A DNA stretch of 64,000 nt from Escherichia phage vB_EcoM-101112UKE3-1. Numbering within the stretch: the stretch's first letter is position 1; each line of letters begins with the position of its first letter. The DNA lies in the sequence record MZ234013.1. One strand, given 5' to 3'. Under the pieces are notes generated by a model. That model was given only the letters and a program-made list of their open reading frames with translations, made no database searches and was not told the origin of the DNA. This document shows positions 11,033-21,411 of this stretch, in pieces. A program made the position numbers and the translations under genes.

Positions 11033-12348
11033 CATTTGATGATTTGACCGAAGGCCAGAAAAATGCCTTTAACATTGTTATGAAGGCTATTAAAGAAAAG
11101 AAACATCATGTAACTATTAATGGACCTGCTGGTACCGGTAAGACTACTCTTACTAAGTTCATCATTGAAGCTTTAATATCTACGGGTGAAACTGGTATTA
11201 TTTTAGCAGCTCCTACTCATGCGGCTAAAAAGATTCTTTCAAAACTATCAGGGAAAGAAGCAAGTACTATTCATAGCATTCTTAAAATTAACCCAGTAAC
11301 ATATGAAGAAAACGTTCTTTTTGAACAAAAAGAAGTACCGGATTTAGCTAAATGCAGAGTATTAATCTGCGACGAAGTGTCAATGTATGATAGAAAGCTA
11401 TTTAAAATTCTGCTTTCAACTATCCCGCCGTGGTGTACTATAATTGGAATAGGTGATAATAAGCAGATTAGACCTGTTGACCCAGGAGAAAACACTGCTT
11501 ATATCAGTCCATTCTTTACACACAAAGATTTTTATCAGTGTGAACTCACTGAAGTTAAACGCAGTAATGCTCCTATTATTGATGTAGCTACTGACGTTCG
11601 TAACGGTAAGTGGATTTATGATAAAATTGTTGACGGGCATGGAGTACGTGGATTTACAGGTGATACCGCTTTACGCGATTTTATGGTAAATTATTTTTCA
11701 ATCGTAAAATCACTAGATGATTTGTTTGAAAATCGCGTAATGGCATTTACGAATAAATCTGTTGATAAGTTAAATAGCATCATTCGTAAAAAGATTTTTG
11801 AAACTGATAAAGATTTTATTGTCGGTGAAATTATTGTAATGCAGGAACCATTAATTAAAACATATAAAATTGATGGAAAGCCTGTGTCAGAAATTATTTT
11901 TAATAACGGACAATTAGTTCGTATTATAGAAGCAGAGTATACATCGACGTTTGTTAAAGCTCGTGGTGTTCCTGGAGAATATCTAATTCGTCATTGGGAT
12001 TTAACAGTAGAAACTTATGGCGATGATGAATATTATCGTGAAAAGATTAAAATAATTTCATCTGATGAAGAACTGTATAAGTTTAACCTATTTTTAGGTA
12101 AAACGGCAGAAACTTATAAAAATTGGAACAAAGGCGGAAAAGCTCCATGGAGTGATTTTTGGGATGCTAAATCACAGTTTAGTAAAGTGAAAGCACTTCC
12201 TGCATCAACATTCCATAAAGCACAGGGCATGTCTGTAGACCGTGCTTTCATTTATACGCCTTGTATTCATTACGCAGATGCTGAATTGGCTCAACAACTT
12301 CTTTATGTTGGTGTCACCCGTGGTCGTTATGATGTATTTTATGTGTGA
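11029..12348 (+). CDS. dda: Dda DNA helicase (SF1B), 439 aa
   Basis: Sequence matches T4 Dda; Walker A GPAGTGKT. Confidence 0.92.
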   Translation: MTFDDLTEGQKNAFNIVMKAIKEKKHHVTINGPAGTGKTTLTKFIIEALISTGETGIILAAPTHAAKKILSKLSGKEASTIHSILKINPVTYEENVLFEQKEVPDLAKCRVLICDEVSMYDRKLFKILLSTIPPWCTIIGIGDNKQIRPVDPGENTAYISPFFTHKDFYQCELTEVKRSNAPIIDVATDVRNGKWIYDKIVDGHGVRGFTGDTALRDFMVNYFSIVKSLDDLFENRVMAFTNKSVDKLNSIIRKKIFETDKDFIVGEIIVMQEPLIKTYKIDGKPVSEIIFNNGQLVRIIEAEYTSTFVKARGVPGEYLIRHWDLTVETYGDDEYYREKIKIISSDEELYKFNLFLGKTAETYKNWNKGGKAPWSDFWDAKSQFSKVKALPASTFHKAQGMSVDRAFIYTPCIHYADAELAQQLLYVGVTRGRYDVFYV

Positions 12349-12354
12349 GGATAT

Positions 12355-12615
12355 ATGATTAACATCAATTCAAAATATTTAAATCGTCTAATAGATGGTA
12401 TAAGGAAGCATACTAATAAGCAAGATAATCTTAATGTTATGGTAACAGGAGCTGAGCTCCTTCATAAGCTTTATCTTATAAGTGATACTATATTAGCAAT
12501 TAAACGAATTGAAAAACAATCATATCACAGTAATACAGATACGGTAATTACACTAGATGAAAGTGTCTGTAAATTACTAATTAAATTTGAGGAAGCTATT
12601 CGTGGAAATAACTAA
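12355..12615 (+). CDS. hypothetical protein, 86 aa
   Basis: ORF; first of three tandem small ORFs. Confidence 0.45.
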   Translation: MININSKYLNRLIDGIRKHTNKQDNLNVMVTGAELLHKLYLISDTILAIKRIEKQSYHSNTDTVITLDESVCKLLIKFEEAIRGNN

Positions 12616-12847
12616 AGATCAGTTTTATCTTCTTCAGGATAAAGTTAGCGAAATTTATGAAATAGCTTATAGCAAAAATCGCAAAAATGTGAAAACTGAA
12701 TCAGGCAAGTTAATGCTTCAATTAGAAGAAATTGAACGAGATTTAATTGCGTTAGAATTCTTTTGTGGTGAAGTGAAAACTGTTACAATCAGTGATTATG
12801 TTTTAGGCGAAATTAGCCATCTTTATAAGGCGATTATTAATGATTGA
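12587..12847 (+). CDS. hypothetical protein, about 86 aa (non-ATG start; paralog of next ORF)
   Basis: C-terminal similarity to the following ORF (DYVLGEISHLYKAI vs DYTVGQIRDLARKI); start codon uncertain. Confidence 0.4.
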   Translation: MRKLFVEITKDQFYLLQDKVSEIYEIAYSKNRKNVKTESGKLMLQLEEIERDLIALEFFCGEVKTVTISDYVLGEISHLYKAIIND

Positions 12848-13082
12848 ATTAAGTTGGTATCAGTTTAAATCTCTTATGGCAAATGTTAAAGCTGTCATTG
12901 AAGAAAATCAGGGTCCTGAAAATATTACTATTCGCGAAAAAGCTTTAAAGATAGTATACAGTCTTGAAGAAATACAAAAAGATATTGAATCTATGGCAAA
13001 ATTTATTGATGAACCTATTAATAAAGTTTATATTCAAGATTATACTGTAGGTCAAATTCGCGATTTAGCAAGGAAAATTTAA
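12840..13082 (+). CDS. hypothetical protein, 80 aa
   Basis: ATG start; paralog of preceding ORF. Confidence 0.45.
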   Translation: MIELSWYQFKSLMANVKAVIEENQGPENITIREKALKIVYSLEEIQKDIESMAKFIDEPINKVYIQDYTVGQIRDLARKI

Positions 13083-13765
13083 TGTTTGATTTTATTATAG
13101 ATTTTGAAACAATGGGAAGCGGCGAAAAGGCAGCTGTTATTGATTTAGCTGTAATTGCTTTTGACCCTAACCCAGAAGTAGTTGAAACATTTGATGAATT
13201 AGTTTCACGCGGCATTAAAATCAAATTTGATTTAAAAAGCCAAAAAGGACATCGTCTTTTTACTAAAAGCACTATTGAATGGTGGAAGAACCAATCTCCT
13301 GAAGCTAGAAAAAATATTGCACCATCAGATGAAGATGTAAGCACTATCGATGGTATTGCAAAATTTAATGATTACATCAATGCACATAATATCGATCCTT
13401 GGAAATCTCAAGGCTGGTGCCGTGGAATGTCGTTTGATTTTCCAATTTTAGTCGATCTCATTCGTGATATTCAACGTCTTAATGGTGTTTCTGAGAATGA
13501 ACTTGACACATTTAAGTTAGAACCATGTAAATTCTGGAATCAGCGTGATATTCGTACCAGAATTGAAGCACTTCTGCTTGTTCGTGATATGACCACGTGT
13601 CCTCTTCCAAAAGGAACTTTAGATGGATTCGTTGCGCATGATTCTATTCATGACTGTGCGAAAGACATCCTGATGATGAAGTACGCTTTGCGATATGCTA
13701 TGGGTCTTGAAGATGCTCCATCAGAGGAAGATTGCGATCCTCTATCTCTTCCAACAAAACGATAA
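13082..13765 (+). CDS. dexA: exonuclease A (DexA), 227 aa
   Basis: Sequence matches T4 DexA; DEDDh-type exonuclease N-terminus (FDFETMG). Confidence 0.85.
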   Translation: MFDFIIDFETMGSGEKAAVIDLAVIAFDPNPEVVETFDELVSRGIKIKFDLKSQKGHRLFTKSTIEWWKNQSPEARKNIAPSDEDVSTIDGIAKFNDYINAHNIDPWKSQGWCRGMSFDFPILVDLIRDIQRLNGVSENELDTFKLEPCKFWNQRDIRTRIEALLLVRDMTTCPLPKGTLDGFVAHDSIHDCAKDILMMKYALRYAMGLEDAPSEEDCDPLSLPTKR

Positions 13766-13771
13766 AAAGTT

Positions 13772-13801
13772 GTTTACTTCCTCGGTTAGTTGTGGTATTA
13801 T
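13772..13801 (+). promoter_or_regulatory. T4-type early promoter
   Basis: GTTTAC then 18 nt then TATTAT. Confidence 0.55.
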
Positions 13802-13828
13802 AACACCATAGCTACTGAGGATAATAAA

Positions 13829-14329
13829 ATGAAAATTTATCGTGTTGAATCATCGTTTAGTATTCTTGATTATGAAGATGCTATAACAATACGTCGAAAT
13901 CTTTGTGTTCAAATAACGCCGTACAGGAGTATAATAGATTCATGGAGCGAAGAGTGGCTATTACACGTAGGTTATGACAGACCTAATTTTATGCATCATA
14001 GCGATAATAATAAAAGAATTCCTTTACCACACGAAGATAAACTATTAGTTAAAAACGCTAATATAGTAATTAATACTAAGTTCAAGAAAGATTATGTTGG
14101 AGTAGAATATCATATTCCAGGATGGTTTATAGGTCTTTATCATTTTGCTTTCGCTAGTGAATATGATATGATGAGATGGTTCACACGAGAAGAGCGGGAA
14201 GAATTATCTTCTAAAGGATTTTATCTCGCTGTATACGAAGTTCCTGAAGATGAAGTTATCATTGGTGGGCACCAAGTAATGTTCCGCAAATCGCATGCTG
14301 AACTCGTAGATTTTATTGAAATGAGATAA
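13829..14329 (+). CDS. hypothetical protein (position of T4 motB), 166 aa
   Basis: ATG with GAGGA SD; track ORF starts upstream. Confidence 0.5.
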   Translation: MKIYRVESSFSILDYEDAITIRRNLCVQITPYRSIIDSWSEEWLLHVGYDRPNFMHHSDNNKRIPLPHEDKLLVKNANIVINTKFKKDYVGVEYHIPGWFIGLYHFAFASEYDMMRWFTREEREELSSKGFYLAVYEVPEDEVIIGGHQVMFRKSHAELVDFIEMR

Positions 14330-14331
14330 TT

Positions 14332-14880
14332 ATGAAATTTAATTATAATCCTGAATACATACCAAATCCGGTAGCTAAACTGATTGATTTTGATGTTGTA
14401 AGCACTTATGTATGCCCTGTTAAACCACTGGAAATTAAGGAACCTACTATGACTACCGCTATTGAAATCGGCAAAACCTACAAACTGGTTGAACCTAAAA
14501 TTAAAACTAATGCCTTGATTTCTGGTCATAAAACTCTGACTGATGTTTTTGGCGAAGGCGAATTTATTGTTGAAGAATTTGCCAAAAGTGAGTGGTTTGA
14601 CAAATCTTACGTCATCCACGGTCGCCGGTTAGATAATAACAAAATAAAGAAAAACCTGGTTTATGAAGATGAGTTCATCCTGTTCCAAGAAGTTGAAGAA
14701 CAAGACCCTACAGACCTGTTGTGTGCTGCTGTGTCTATCCGTCGTCCTTTTGATAATCCTATCTGTGGTTGGGTAACAGACCAGTGGATTGAAGATGGCG
14801 TTGAACTTCTGAACGTAGTTCATGCTGGAGAATACTCTGTAGTTCCTCGTAGCGCAGTGATTAATGTTCGTGTAAGCTAG
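14332..14880 (+). CDS. hypothetical protein, 182 aa
   Basis: ORF; C-terminal region paralogous to 14954..15445 (TDQWIEDGVEL vs TDQWVEDGVKL). Confidence 0.5.
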   Translation: MKFNYNPEYIPNPVAKLIDFDVVSTYVCPVKPLEIKEPTMTTAIEIGKTYKLVEPKIKTNALISGHKTLTDVFGEGEFIVEEFAKSEWFDKSYVIHGRRLDNNKIKKNLVYEDEFILFQEVEEQDPTDLLCAAVSIRRPFDNPICGWVTDQWIEDGVELLNVVHAGEYSVVPRSAVINVRVS

Positions 14881-14909
14881 TTTACAAACTCTTGGGACCA
14901 GAGTATAAT
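14880..14909 (+). promoter_or_regulatory. T4-type early promoter
   Basis: GTTTAC then 18 nt then TATAAT. Confidence 0.55.
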
Positions 14910-14953
14910 GGTCCTGTGGAGTATAAAATCTTTTTAACAAGTGAGAGATAATT

Positions 14954-15445
14954 ATGAATATTAATATCGGTGAAATTGCTCGTGTATCTGATAAATCCCG
15001 TTCTAAAGCAGCAGGAAAATTGGTCGAAGTTGTAAGCATTCAGCTTAAACACGGTGTTAAAGATGAAGATTCTGAAGTAAAAGTACGTATCATTGCTAAA
15101 GATGGAATGTCTAAGCCCCAGTTTGGTTATGTTCGATGGAAATTTCTTGAGCCTGCGTTTTTGAAAGCTGTTCCTGCTAAAGGAATTGAAACGATTGATA
15201 CTTCGCATGTAGGTGTAGACTTTAAGTGGAAACTTGGTCAAGCTATCAAGTTCATTGCTCCTTATGAGTTTGAATTTATCGAAGGTGGACAACCACTTCC
15301 TCGGCGTACTCGCGCTATGTGTGCATACATTACTGATCAATGGGTAGAAGATGGCGTTAAGTTATACAACGCGGTATTTTTAGGAACATACAAAGTCATT
15401 CCTGAAAGTTGGATTAAACACTACAGCAAAGCTCGCTATGCATAA
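14954..15445 (+). CDS. hypothetical protein, 163 aa (paralog of upstream ORF)
   Basis: ORF with GAGAGA SD. Confidence 0.5.
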   Translation: MNINIGEIARVSDKSRSKAAGKLVEVVSIQLKHGVKDEDSEVKVRIIAKDGMSKPQFGYVRWKFLEPAFLKAVPAKGIETIDTSHVGVDFKWKLGQAIKFIAPYEFEFIEGGQPLPRRTRAMCAYITDQWVEDGVKLYNAVFLGTYKVIPESWIKHYSKARYA

Positions 15446-15475
15446 AGTTTAAAATTTTTTCATAAAACTATATAC

Positions 15476-15519
15476 ATCAGTAGTTGATTATGGTACTATA
15501 TCAATATCAACTACTGATA
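15476..15519. repeat. 13-bp perfect inverted repeat (ATCAGTAGTTGAT / ATCAACTACTGAT) with 18-nt spacer
   Basis: Read directly from sequence in an intergenic region. Confidence 0.8.
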
Positions 15520-15616
15520 CAGAAAACAACTTGAAGAATAAAATGGATAATTCGTTAAAGGTGCGCTGATACTCTTCTGAAACGCATCGCTCCAATGTTC
15601 AATTAATGAGGAAATT

Positions 15617-15835
15617 ATGATGAAACGTAAAATTGTTCAGAATTGCACTAATGATGAATTTGAAGATGTATTATTCGATCCAGATTTGGTAGTAGTTCAA
15701 AAGGAACACACTATCAAGTTTACTCACTTGACTTCGGTTTATGTATATGAGAAAGTCGGTGATAAACAACCAATTTACGGTGTATTTCGTGAAATCACTG
15801 AAGATGGTACAACTTACTGGAAGGAAATTTATTAA
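15617..15835 (+). CDS. hypothetical protein, 72 aa
   Basis: ORF with GAGGA SD. Confidence 0.5.
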   Translation: MMKRKIVQNCTNDEFEDVLFDPDLVVVQKEHTIKFTHLTSVYVYEKVGDKQPIYGVFREITEDGTTYWKEIY

Positions 15836-16248
15836 TGGCTATTAAATTTGAAGTTAATAAATGGTATCAATTTAAAAATAAACAAGCTCAAGAAAATTTT
15901 ATTAAAGACCATACTGATAACGGAATCTATGCACGCCGTTTAGGTATGCATCCTTTTAAAATTTTAGATGTGGATGCTCTTGGGCGTCCTATTAAAATTA
16001 TGTCATTTGCTGGAAATTTAGTACTATCTTCTGGTAAAGATATTTTGGATGAAGATTTTATTTGGCTTTCATCGAATGAAGCTGAATTCTTTAATGAAGT
16101 TGAAAATCCATACCAGGCAGCTGAAGAGCAGGAAGAATCTGCACCGATAACTGATCAATCTAAATTCCCTGTAATGAAAGTTACTATTGAAAATGATGAA
16201 CAGGCATGGTCCTTGTATCAGATGTTGAAAGCTCACTTTAAGGAATAA
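15835..16248 (+). CDS. hypothetical protein, 137 aa
   Basis: ORF overlapping previous stop. Confidence 0.5.
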   Translation: MAIKFEVNKWYQFKNKQAQENFIKDHTDNGIYARRLGMHPFKILDVDALGRPIKIMSFAGNLVLSSGKDILDEDFIWLSSNEAEFFNEVENPYQAAEEQEESAPITDQSKFPVMKVTIENDEQAWSLYQMLKAHFKE

Positions 16249-16250
16249 TT

Positions 16251-16427
16251 ATGCCGCTTTATGATTATAAATGTCAATCAAAAGACTGCGCAAAAGAATA
16301 CGAAAAAATCAAGAAAATTTCTGAAAGAGATACTGATGTATGTCATGATTGTCATCGGATTGCTATTCGGTTAGTCTCTGCCCCTAAGCATGTGAATGGC
16401 GGATTTTACGACTTACTTAAAGGGTAA
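16251..16427 (+). CDS. small zinc-ribbon protein (C-x2-C...C-x2-C), 58 aa
   Basis: CQSKDC and CHDCH cysteine pairs; below the 60-aa ORF track threshold. Confidence 0.45.
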   Translation: MPLYDYKCQSKDCAKEYEKIKKISERDTDVCHDCHRIAIRLVSAPKHVNGGFYDLLKG

Positions 16428-16429
16428 TT

Positions 16430-16801
16430 ATGTTTAAAATCGGTAAGAAATATCGCATTCGCGAAGGTGAAGAAAAGAAATATCTATTTTCTGCTATTTA
16501 TAGGAATGGTTCTATTAATGCTGTAATATCTACAAGCGAATTTATCGTTGAAGATATGAAAGGTAATAACGTTACAATGATTAGTACAGCATCTGGAAAT
16601 GACGGAAAAATTCTTCACAGTTTTCAGAGTAATGTTCTAATATATGATGAAGAATTTGACTTCTTCGAAGAAGTTCCCGAAGATTTTGATTTTGAATGCG
16701 CTATTACTATGAAGTCTGGTGACCCTCTTTCTTTTACAGTTAAAGATGAAAGAAGTCGCTTGAGAGTTATTAGTCTTCTTCAAGTCATTAAATTTAAGTG
16801 A
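16430..16801 (+). CDS. hypothetical protein, 123 aa
   Basis: ORF. Confidence 0.5.
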   Translation: MFKIGKKYRIREGEEKKYLFSAIYRNGSINAVISTSEFIVEDMKGNNVTMISTASGNDGKILHSFQSNVLIYDEEFDFFEEVPEDFDFECAITMKSGDPLSFTVKDERSRLRVISLLQVIKFK

Positions 16802-17067
16802 AAATTATGAAATATATTAATCGTTCTATCGCAGCATTAGTATTAGCAGTGTCTTTAATAGGATGTACTGATGCTGATAATGCAACCAAAGTTTTGTCTT
16901 CAAGTGGTTTTACTAATATTGAAATCACTGGATATAATTGGTTCGGTTGCTCTGAAAATGATTTCCAGCATACTGGATTTCGTGCTATTGGACCTACTGG
17001 GCAGAAAGTAGAAGGAACAGTATGTTCTGGACTATTCTTCAAGGATTCGACTATTCGTTTTAAATAA
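16798..17067 (+). CDS. putative lipoprotein, 89 aa
   Basis: Signal peptide with lipobox LIGC. Confidence 0.5.
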   Translation: MKIMKYINRSIAALVLAVSLIGCTDADNATKVLSSSGFTNIEITGYNWFGCSENDFQHTGFRAIGPTGQKVEGTVCSGLFFKDSTIRFK

Positions 17068-17083
17068 AAGGCCTTCGGGCCTT
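17067..17083 (+). terminator. GC hairpin (AAAGGCC-TTCG-GGCCTTT), weak terminator candidate
   Basis: Stem-loop after ORF; weak U tract. Confidence 0.4.
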
Positions 17084-17136
17084 TAGCTTTATGATTACCG
17101 GAGTATAATATTCCCGAAACCAAACGAGGATAAGTG

Positions 17137-18954
17137 ATGATTAAGAATGAAATTAAAATTCTGAGCGATATTGAGCATATCAAAAAGCGTAGTGGCATGT
17201 ATATTGGCTCTTCTGCTAATGAAATGCATGAGCGCTTTCTGTTTGGTAAATGGGAAAGTGTTCAGTATGTACCTGGTCTTGTTAAGCTTATTGATGAAAT
17301 TATCGATAACTCAGTAGATGAAGGTATTCGTACTAAGTTTAAATTCGCAAATAAAATTAATGTTACTATTAAAAACAATCAAGTAACAGTTGAAGATAAC
17401 GGTCGTGGTATTCCGCAGGCGATGGTTAAAACACCTACCGGTGAAGAAATTCCTGGTCCTGTTGCTGCATGGACTATTCCAAAAGCAGGTGGTAACTTCG
17501 GTGATGATAAAGAACGCGTCACTGGCGGTATGAATGGTGTTGGTTCTAGTTTGACAAACATTTTTTCTGTGATGTTTGTCGGTGAAACTGGTGATGGTCA
17601 AAATAATATTGTAGTTCGTTGTTCAAATGGCATGGAAAATAAATCATGGGAAACTATTCCTGGAAAATGGAAAGGAACTCGTGTTACTTTCATTCCTGAT
17701 TTTATGTCATTTGAAACTAATGAGCTGTCCCAAGTTTATCTTGACATTACACTAGATCGTCTCCAGACACTTGCAGTAGTTTATCCTGATATTCAATTTA
17801 CCTTTAATGGTAAAAAGGTTCAGGGCAATTTTAAGAAATATGCACGCCAATATGATGAGCATGCTATCGTTCAAGAACAAGAAAATTGTTCTATTGCGGT
17901 TGGTCGTTCACCGGATGGTTTTCGTCAATTAACATACGTCAATAACATTCACACTAAGAATGGTGGCCATCACATTGACTGTGTTATGGATGATATTTGT
18001 GAAGACCTTATTCCACAAATCAAACGTAAGTTCAAAATTGATGTAACTAAAGCGCGTGTTAAAGAATGTTTGACTATCGTTATGTTTGTTCGTGATATGA
18101 AAAACATGCGATTTGATTCTCAAACTAAAGAGCGTTTGACTTCTCCATTTGGCGAAATTCGTAGTCATATTCAACTTGATGCTAAAAAGATTTCACGCGC
18201 TATTCTAAATAATGAAGCAATTCTAATGCCGATTATTGAAGCTGCTTTGGCTCGTAAATTGGCGGCAGAAAAAGCAGCAGAAACTAAAGCAGCTAAAAAG
18301 GCTTCTAAAGCTAAGGTTCATAAACATATCAAAGCGAATCTTTGTGGTAAAGATGCTGACACTACTCTTTTCTTGACTGAGGGTGATTCGGCTATCGGAT
18401 ATCTTATTGATGTTCGTGATAAAGAACTTCACGGTGGTTATCCATTGCGCGGTAAAGTTCTCAACAGTTGGGGTATGTCTTATGCAGATATGCTTAAAAA
18501 CAAAGAACTATTTGATATTTGCGCAATCACTGGATTAGTTCTCGGTGAAAAAGCTGAAAACTTGAATTATCATAATATTGCTATTATGACTGATGCTGAC
18601 CATGATGGTCTAGGAAGCATTTATCCTTCTCTGCTCGGGTTTTTTAGTAATTGGCCAGAACTGTTTGAGCAAGGAAGAATTCGTTTTGTCAAAACTCCTG
18701 TAATCATCGCTCAGGTCGGTAAAAAACAAGAATGGTTTTATACAGTCGCTGAATATGAGAGTGCTAAAGATGCTCTACCTAAACATAGCATCCGTTATAT
18801 TAAAGGACTTGGCTCTTTGGAAAAATCTGAATATCGTGAGATGATTCAAAATCCAGTATATGATGTTGTTAAACTTCCTGAGAACTGGAAAGAGCTTTTT
18901 GAAATGCTCATGGGAGATAATGCTGACCTTCGTAAAGAATGGATGAGCCAGTAG
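17137..18954 (+). CDS. 39: DNA topoisomerase II large subunit, fused gp39+gp60 form (GyrB-like ATPase/TOPRIM), 605 aa
   Basis: Matches T4 gp39 N-terminus and continues through the gp60-homologous C-terminus (IAIMTDADHDGLGSIYPSLLGFF...) in one frame. Confidence 0.9.
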   Translation: MIKNEIKILSDIEHIKKRSGMYIGSSANEMHERFLFGKWESVQYVPGLVKLIDEIIDNSVDEGIRTKFKFANKINVTIKNNQVTVEDNGRGIPQAMVKTPTGEEIPGPVAAWTIPKAGGNFGDDKERVTGGMNGVGSSLTNIFSVMFVGETGDGQNNIVVRCSNGMENKSWETIPGKWKGTRVTFIPDFMSFETNELSQVYLDITLDRLQTLAVVYPDIQFTFNGKKVQGNFKKYARQYDEHAIVQEQENCSIAVGRSPDGFRQLTYVNNIHTKNGGHHIDCVMDDICEDLIPQIKRKFKIDVTKARVKECLTIVMFVRDMKNMRFDSQTKERLTSPFGEIRSHIQLDAKKISRAILNNEAILMPIIEAALARKLAAEKAAETKAAKKASKAKVHKHIKANLCGKDADTTLFLTEGDSAIGYLIDVRDKELHGGYPLRGKVLNSWGMSYADMLKNKELFDICAITGLVLGEKAENLNYHNIAIMTDADHDGLGSIYPSLLGFFSNWPELFEQGRIRFVKTPVIIAQVGKKQEWFYTVAEYESAKDALPKHSIRYIKGLGSLEKSEYREMIQNPVYDVVKLPENWKELFEMLMGDNADLRKEWMSQ

Positions 18955-18983
18955 TTTACTTTACCACAAGGATGTGGTATAAT
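18954..18983 (+). promoter_or_regulatory. T4-type early promoter
   Basis: GTTTAC then 18 nt then TATAAT. Confidence 0.55.
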
Positions 18984-19008
18984 TAATTGGGCAAATGAGG
19001 ATATTGAA

Positions 19009-19212
19009 ATGAAATCATATAAAGTAAATTTAGAACTTTTTGATAAAGCAGTTCATCGAGAATATAGAATCATTCAACGCTTTTTCGATATGGGAGAAGC
19101 CGAAGAATTTAAAAACCGCTTTAAAGATATTAGAGATAAAATTCAATCCGACACTGCAACTAAAGATGAATTACTAGAAGTTGCTGAAGTTATTAAGCGT
19201 AATATGAATTAA
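19009..19212 (+). CDS. hypothetical protein (rIIA.1 position), 67 aa
   Basis: ORF between 39 and rIIA. Confidence 0.55.
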   Translation: MKSYKVNLELFDKAVHREYRIIQRFFDMGEAEEFKNRFKDIRDKIQSDTATKDELLEVAEVIKRNMN

Positions 19213-19222
19213 TGAGGAAATT

Positions 19223-21400
19223 ATGATTATCACCACTGAAAAAGAAACAATTCTTGGCAATGGTTCTAAATCAAAAGCATTTAGCATCACAGCATCTCCT
19301 AAAGTATTTAAAATTCTGTCATCTGATTTGTATACAAACAAGATTCGTGCAGTAGTCCGTGAATTAATTACTAATATGATTGATGCCCATGCACTTAATG
19401 GAAATCCTGAAAAATTTATCATACAAGTTCCAGGACGATTAGATCCGCGATTTGTTTGTCGAGATTTTGGTCCGGGTATGAGTGATTTTGATATTCAGGG
19501 TGATGATAATTCTCCTGGGTTATATAATTCATACTTCAGTTCATCTAAGGCTGAATCTAATGACTTTATTGGCGGGTTTGGTTTAGGTTCTAAATCTCCG
19601 TTTAGTTATACTGATACATTTAGTATTACTTCGTATCATAAAGGTGAAATTCGTGGTTATGTAGCTTACATGGATGGTGATGGTCCACAAATTAAACCTA
19701 CATTCGTAAAAGAAATGGGTCCAGATGATAAAACTGGTATTGAAATCGTAGTTCCAGTTGAAGAAAAAGACTTTAGAAACTTTGCTTATGAAGTTTCTTA
19801 TATCATGCGACCATTCAAAGATTTGGCTATCATTAATGGTCTTGACCGCGAAATTGATTATTTTCCGGATTTTGATGACTATTACGGTGTAAATCCAGAA
19901 AGATACTGGCCTGATCGTGGTGGATTATATGCTATCTATGGCGGTATTGTTTATCCTATCGATGGTGTTATTAGAGACCGTAACTGGCTAAGCATTCGCA
20001 ATGAAGTGAATTACATTAAGTTTCCAATGGGTTCACTTGATATTGCTCCATCTCGCGAGGCTCTTTCACTGGATGATCGTACTCGTAAAAATATTATTGA
20101 ACGAGTTAAAGAACTCAGTGAGAAAGCATTTAATGAAGATGTAAAACGATTTAAAGAATCCACATCTCCCCGTCATACATATCGTGAATTGATGAAGATG
20201 GGGTATTCTGCTCGAGATTATATGATTAGTAATTCAGTCAAATTTACGACTAAAAATCTGTCATATAAGAAGATGCAAAGCATGTTTGAACCTGATAGTA
20301 AGTTATGCAATGCAGGAGTTGTGTATGAAGTAAATCTTGACCCTCGACTGAAACGCATTAAGCAAAGCCATGAAACTTCAGCCGTTGCATCAAGTTATCG
20401 TCTGTTTGGTATTAATACAACAAAAATTAATATCGTTATTGATAATATTAAAAATCGTGTTAATATTGTCCGTGGATTAGCACATGCGTTAGATGATAGT
20501 GAATTTAATAACACTTTGAATATTCATCACAACGAACGCCTTCTGTTTATTAATCCAGAAGTAGAATCGCAGATTGATTTGCTTCCTGATATTATGGCGA
20601 TGTTTGAAAGTGATGAAGTTAACATTCATTATTTGTCAGAAATTGAAGCTTTAGTTAAAAGCTATATTCCAAAGGTAGTTAAAAGTAAAGCTCCTCGTCC
20701 TAAAGCTGCTACAGCATTTAAGTTTGAAATTAAAGACGGGCGCTGGGAAAAAGAGGAATTATTTACGCTCACATCAGAAGCAGATGAAATTACTGGGTAT
20801 GTAGCGTATATGCATCGTTCTGATATTTTCTCTATGGATGGTACTACATCTCTTTGTCATCCATCTATGAATATTTTGATTCGTATGGCTAATCTTATTG
20901 GCATTAATGAGTTTTATGTTATTCGTCCGCTTTTGCAGAAAAAGGTAAAAGAACTCGGTCAGTGCCAATGTATTTTTGAAACTCTGCGTGATTTATATGT
21001 AGATGCTTTTGATGATGTAGATTATGATAAGTACGTAGGTTATTCAAGTTCAGCTCAACGATATATTGATAAAATTATCAAGTATCCTGAACTAGATTTT
21101 ATGATGAAGTACTTCAGTACAGATGAAGTTTCTGAAGAATATACACGACTCGCTAATATAGTTAGTTCATTGCGCGGTGTATATTTTAATGGTGGAAAAG
21201 ATACCATCGGTCATGACATCTGGACAGTAACTAATCTCTTTGATGAATTATCACGTAATGCTTCAAAAAATAGTGATAAAATGGTTGCTGAGTTTACCAA
21301 GAAATTCCGTATTGTTTCCGACTTCATCGGTTATCGTAACTCTTTGAGTGATGATGAAGTTTCCCAAATCGCTAAAACTATGAAGGCCCTTGCGGCCTAA
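19223..21400 (+). CDS. rIIA: rIIA membrane-associated protein, 725 aa
   Basis: Length 725 aa and sequence match T4 rIIA. Confidence 0.92.
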   Translation: MIITTEKETILGNGSKSKAFSITASPKVFKILSSDLYTNKIRAVVRELITNMIDAHALNGNPEKFIIQVPGRLDPRFVCRDFGPGMSDFDIQGDDNSPGLYNSYFSSSKAESNDFIGGFGLGSKSPFSYTDTFSITSYHKGEIRGYVAYMDGDGPQIKPTFVKEMGPDDKTGIEIVVPVEEKDFRNFAYEVSYIMRPFKDLAIINGLDREIDYFPDFDDYYGVNPERYWPDRGGLYAIYGGIVYPIDGVIRDRNWLSIRNEVNYIKFPMGSLDIAPSREALSLDDRTRKNIIERVKELSEKAFNEDVKRFKESTSPRHTYRELMKMGYSARDYMISNSVKFTTKNLSYKKMQSMFEPDSKLCNAGVVYEVNLDPRLKRIKQSHETSAVASSYRLFGINTTKINIVIDNIKNRVNIVRGLAHALDDSEFNNTLNIHHNERLLFINPEVESQIDLLPDIMAMFESDEVNIHYLSEIEALVKSYIPKVVKSKAPRPKAATAFKFEIKDGRWEKEELFTLTSEADEITGYVAYMHRSDIFSMDGTTSLCHPSMNILIRMANLIGINEFYVIRPLLQKKVKELGQCQCIFETLRDLYVDAFDDVDYDKYVGYSSSAQRYIDKIIKYPELDFMMKYFSTDEVSEEYTRLANIVSSLRGVYFNGGKDTIGHDIWTVTNLFDELSRNASKNSDKMVAEFTKKFRIVSDFIGYRNSLSDDEVSQIAKTMKALAA

Positions 21401-21411
21401 TAAGGAAAATT

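Noticed and set aside
10744-11109. 121-aa minus-strand ORF overlapping dda.1 and the dda start
   Set aside because: Antisense to an early operon with strong coding signal on the + strand; no RBS.
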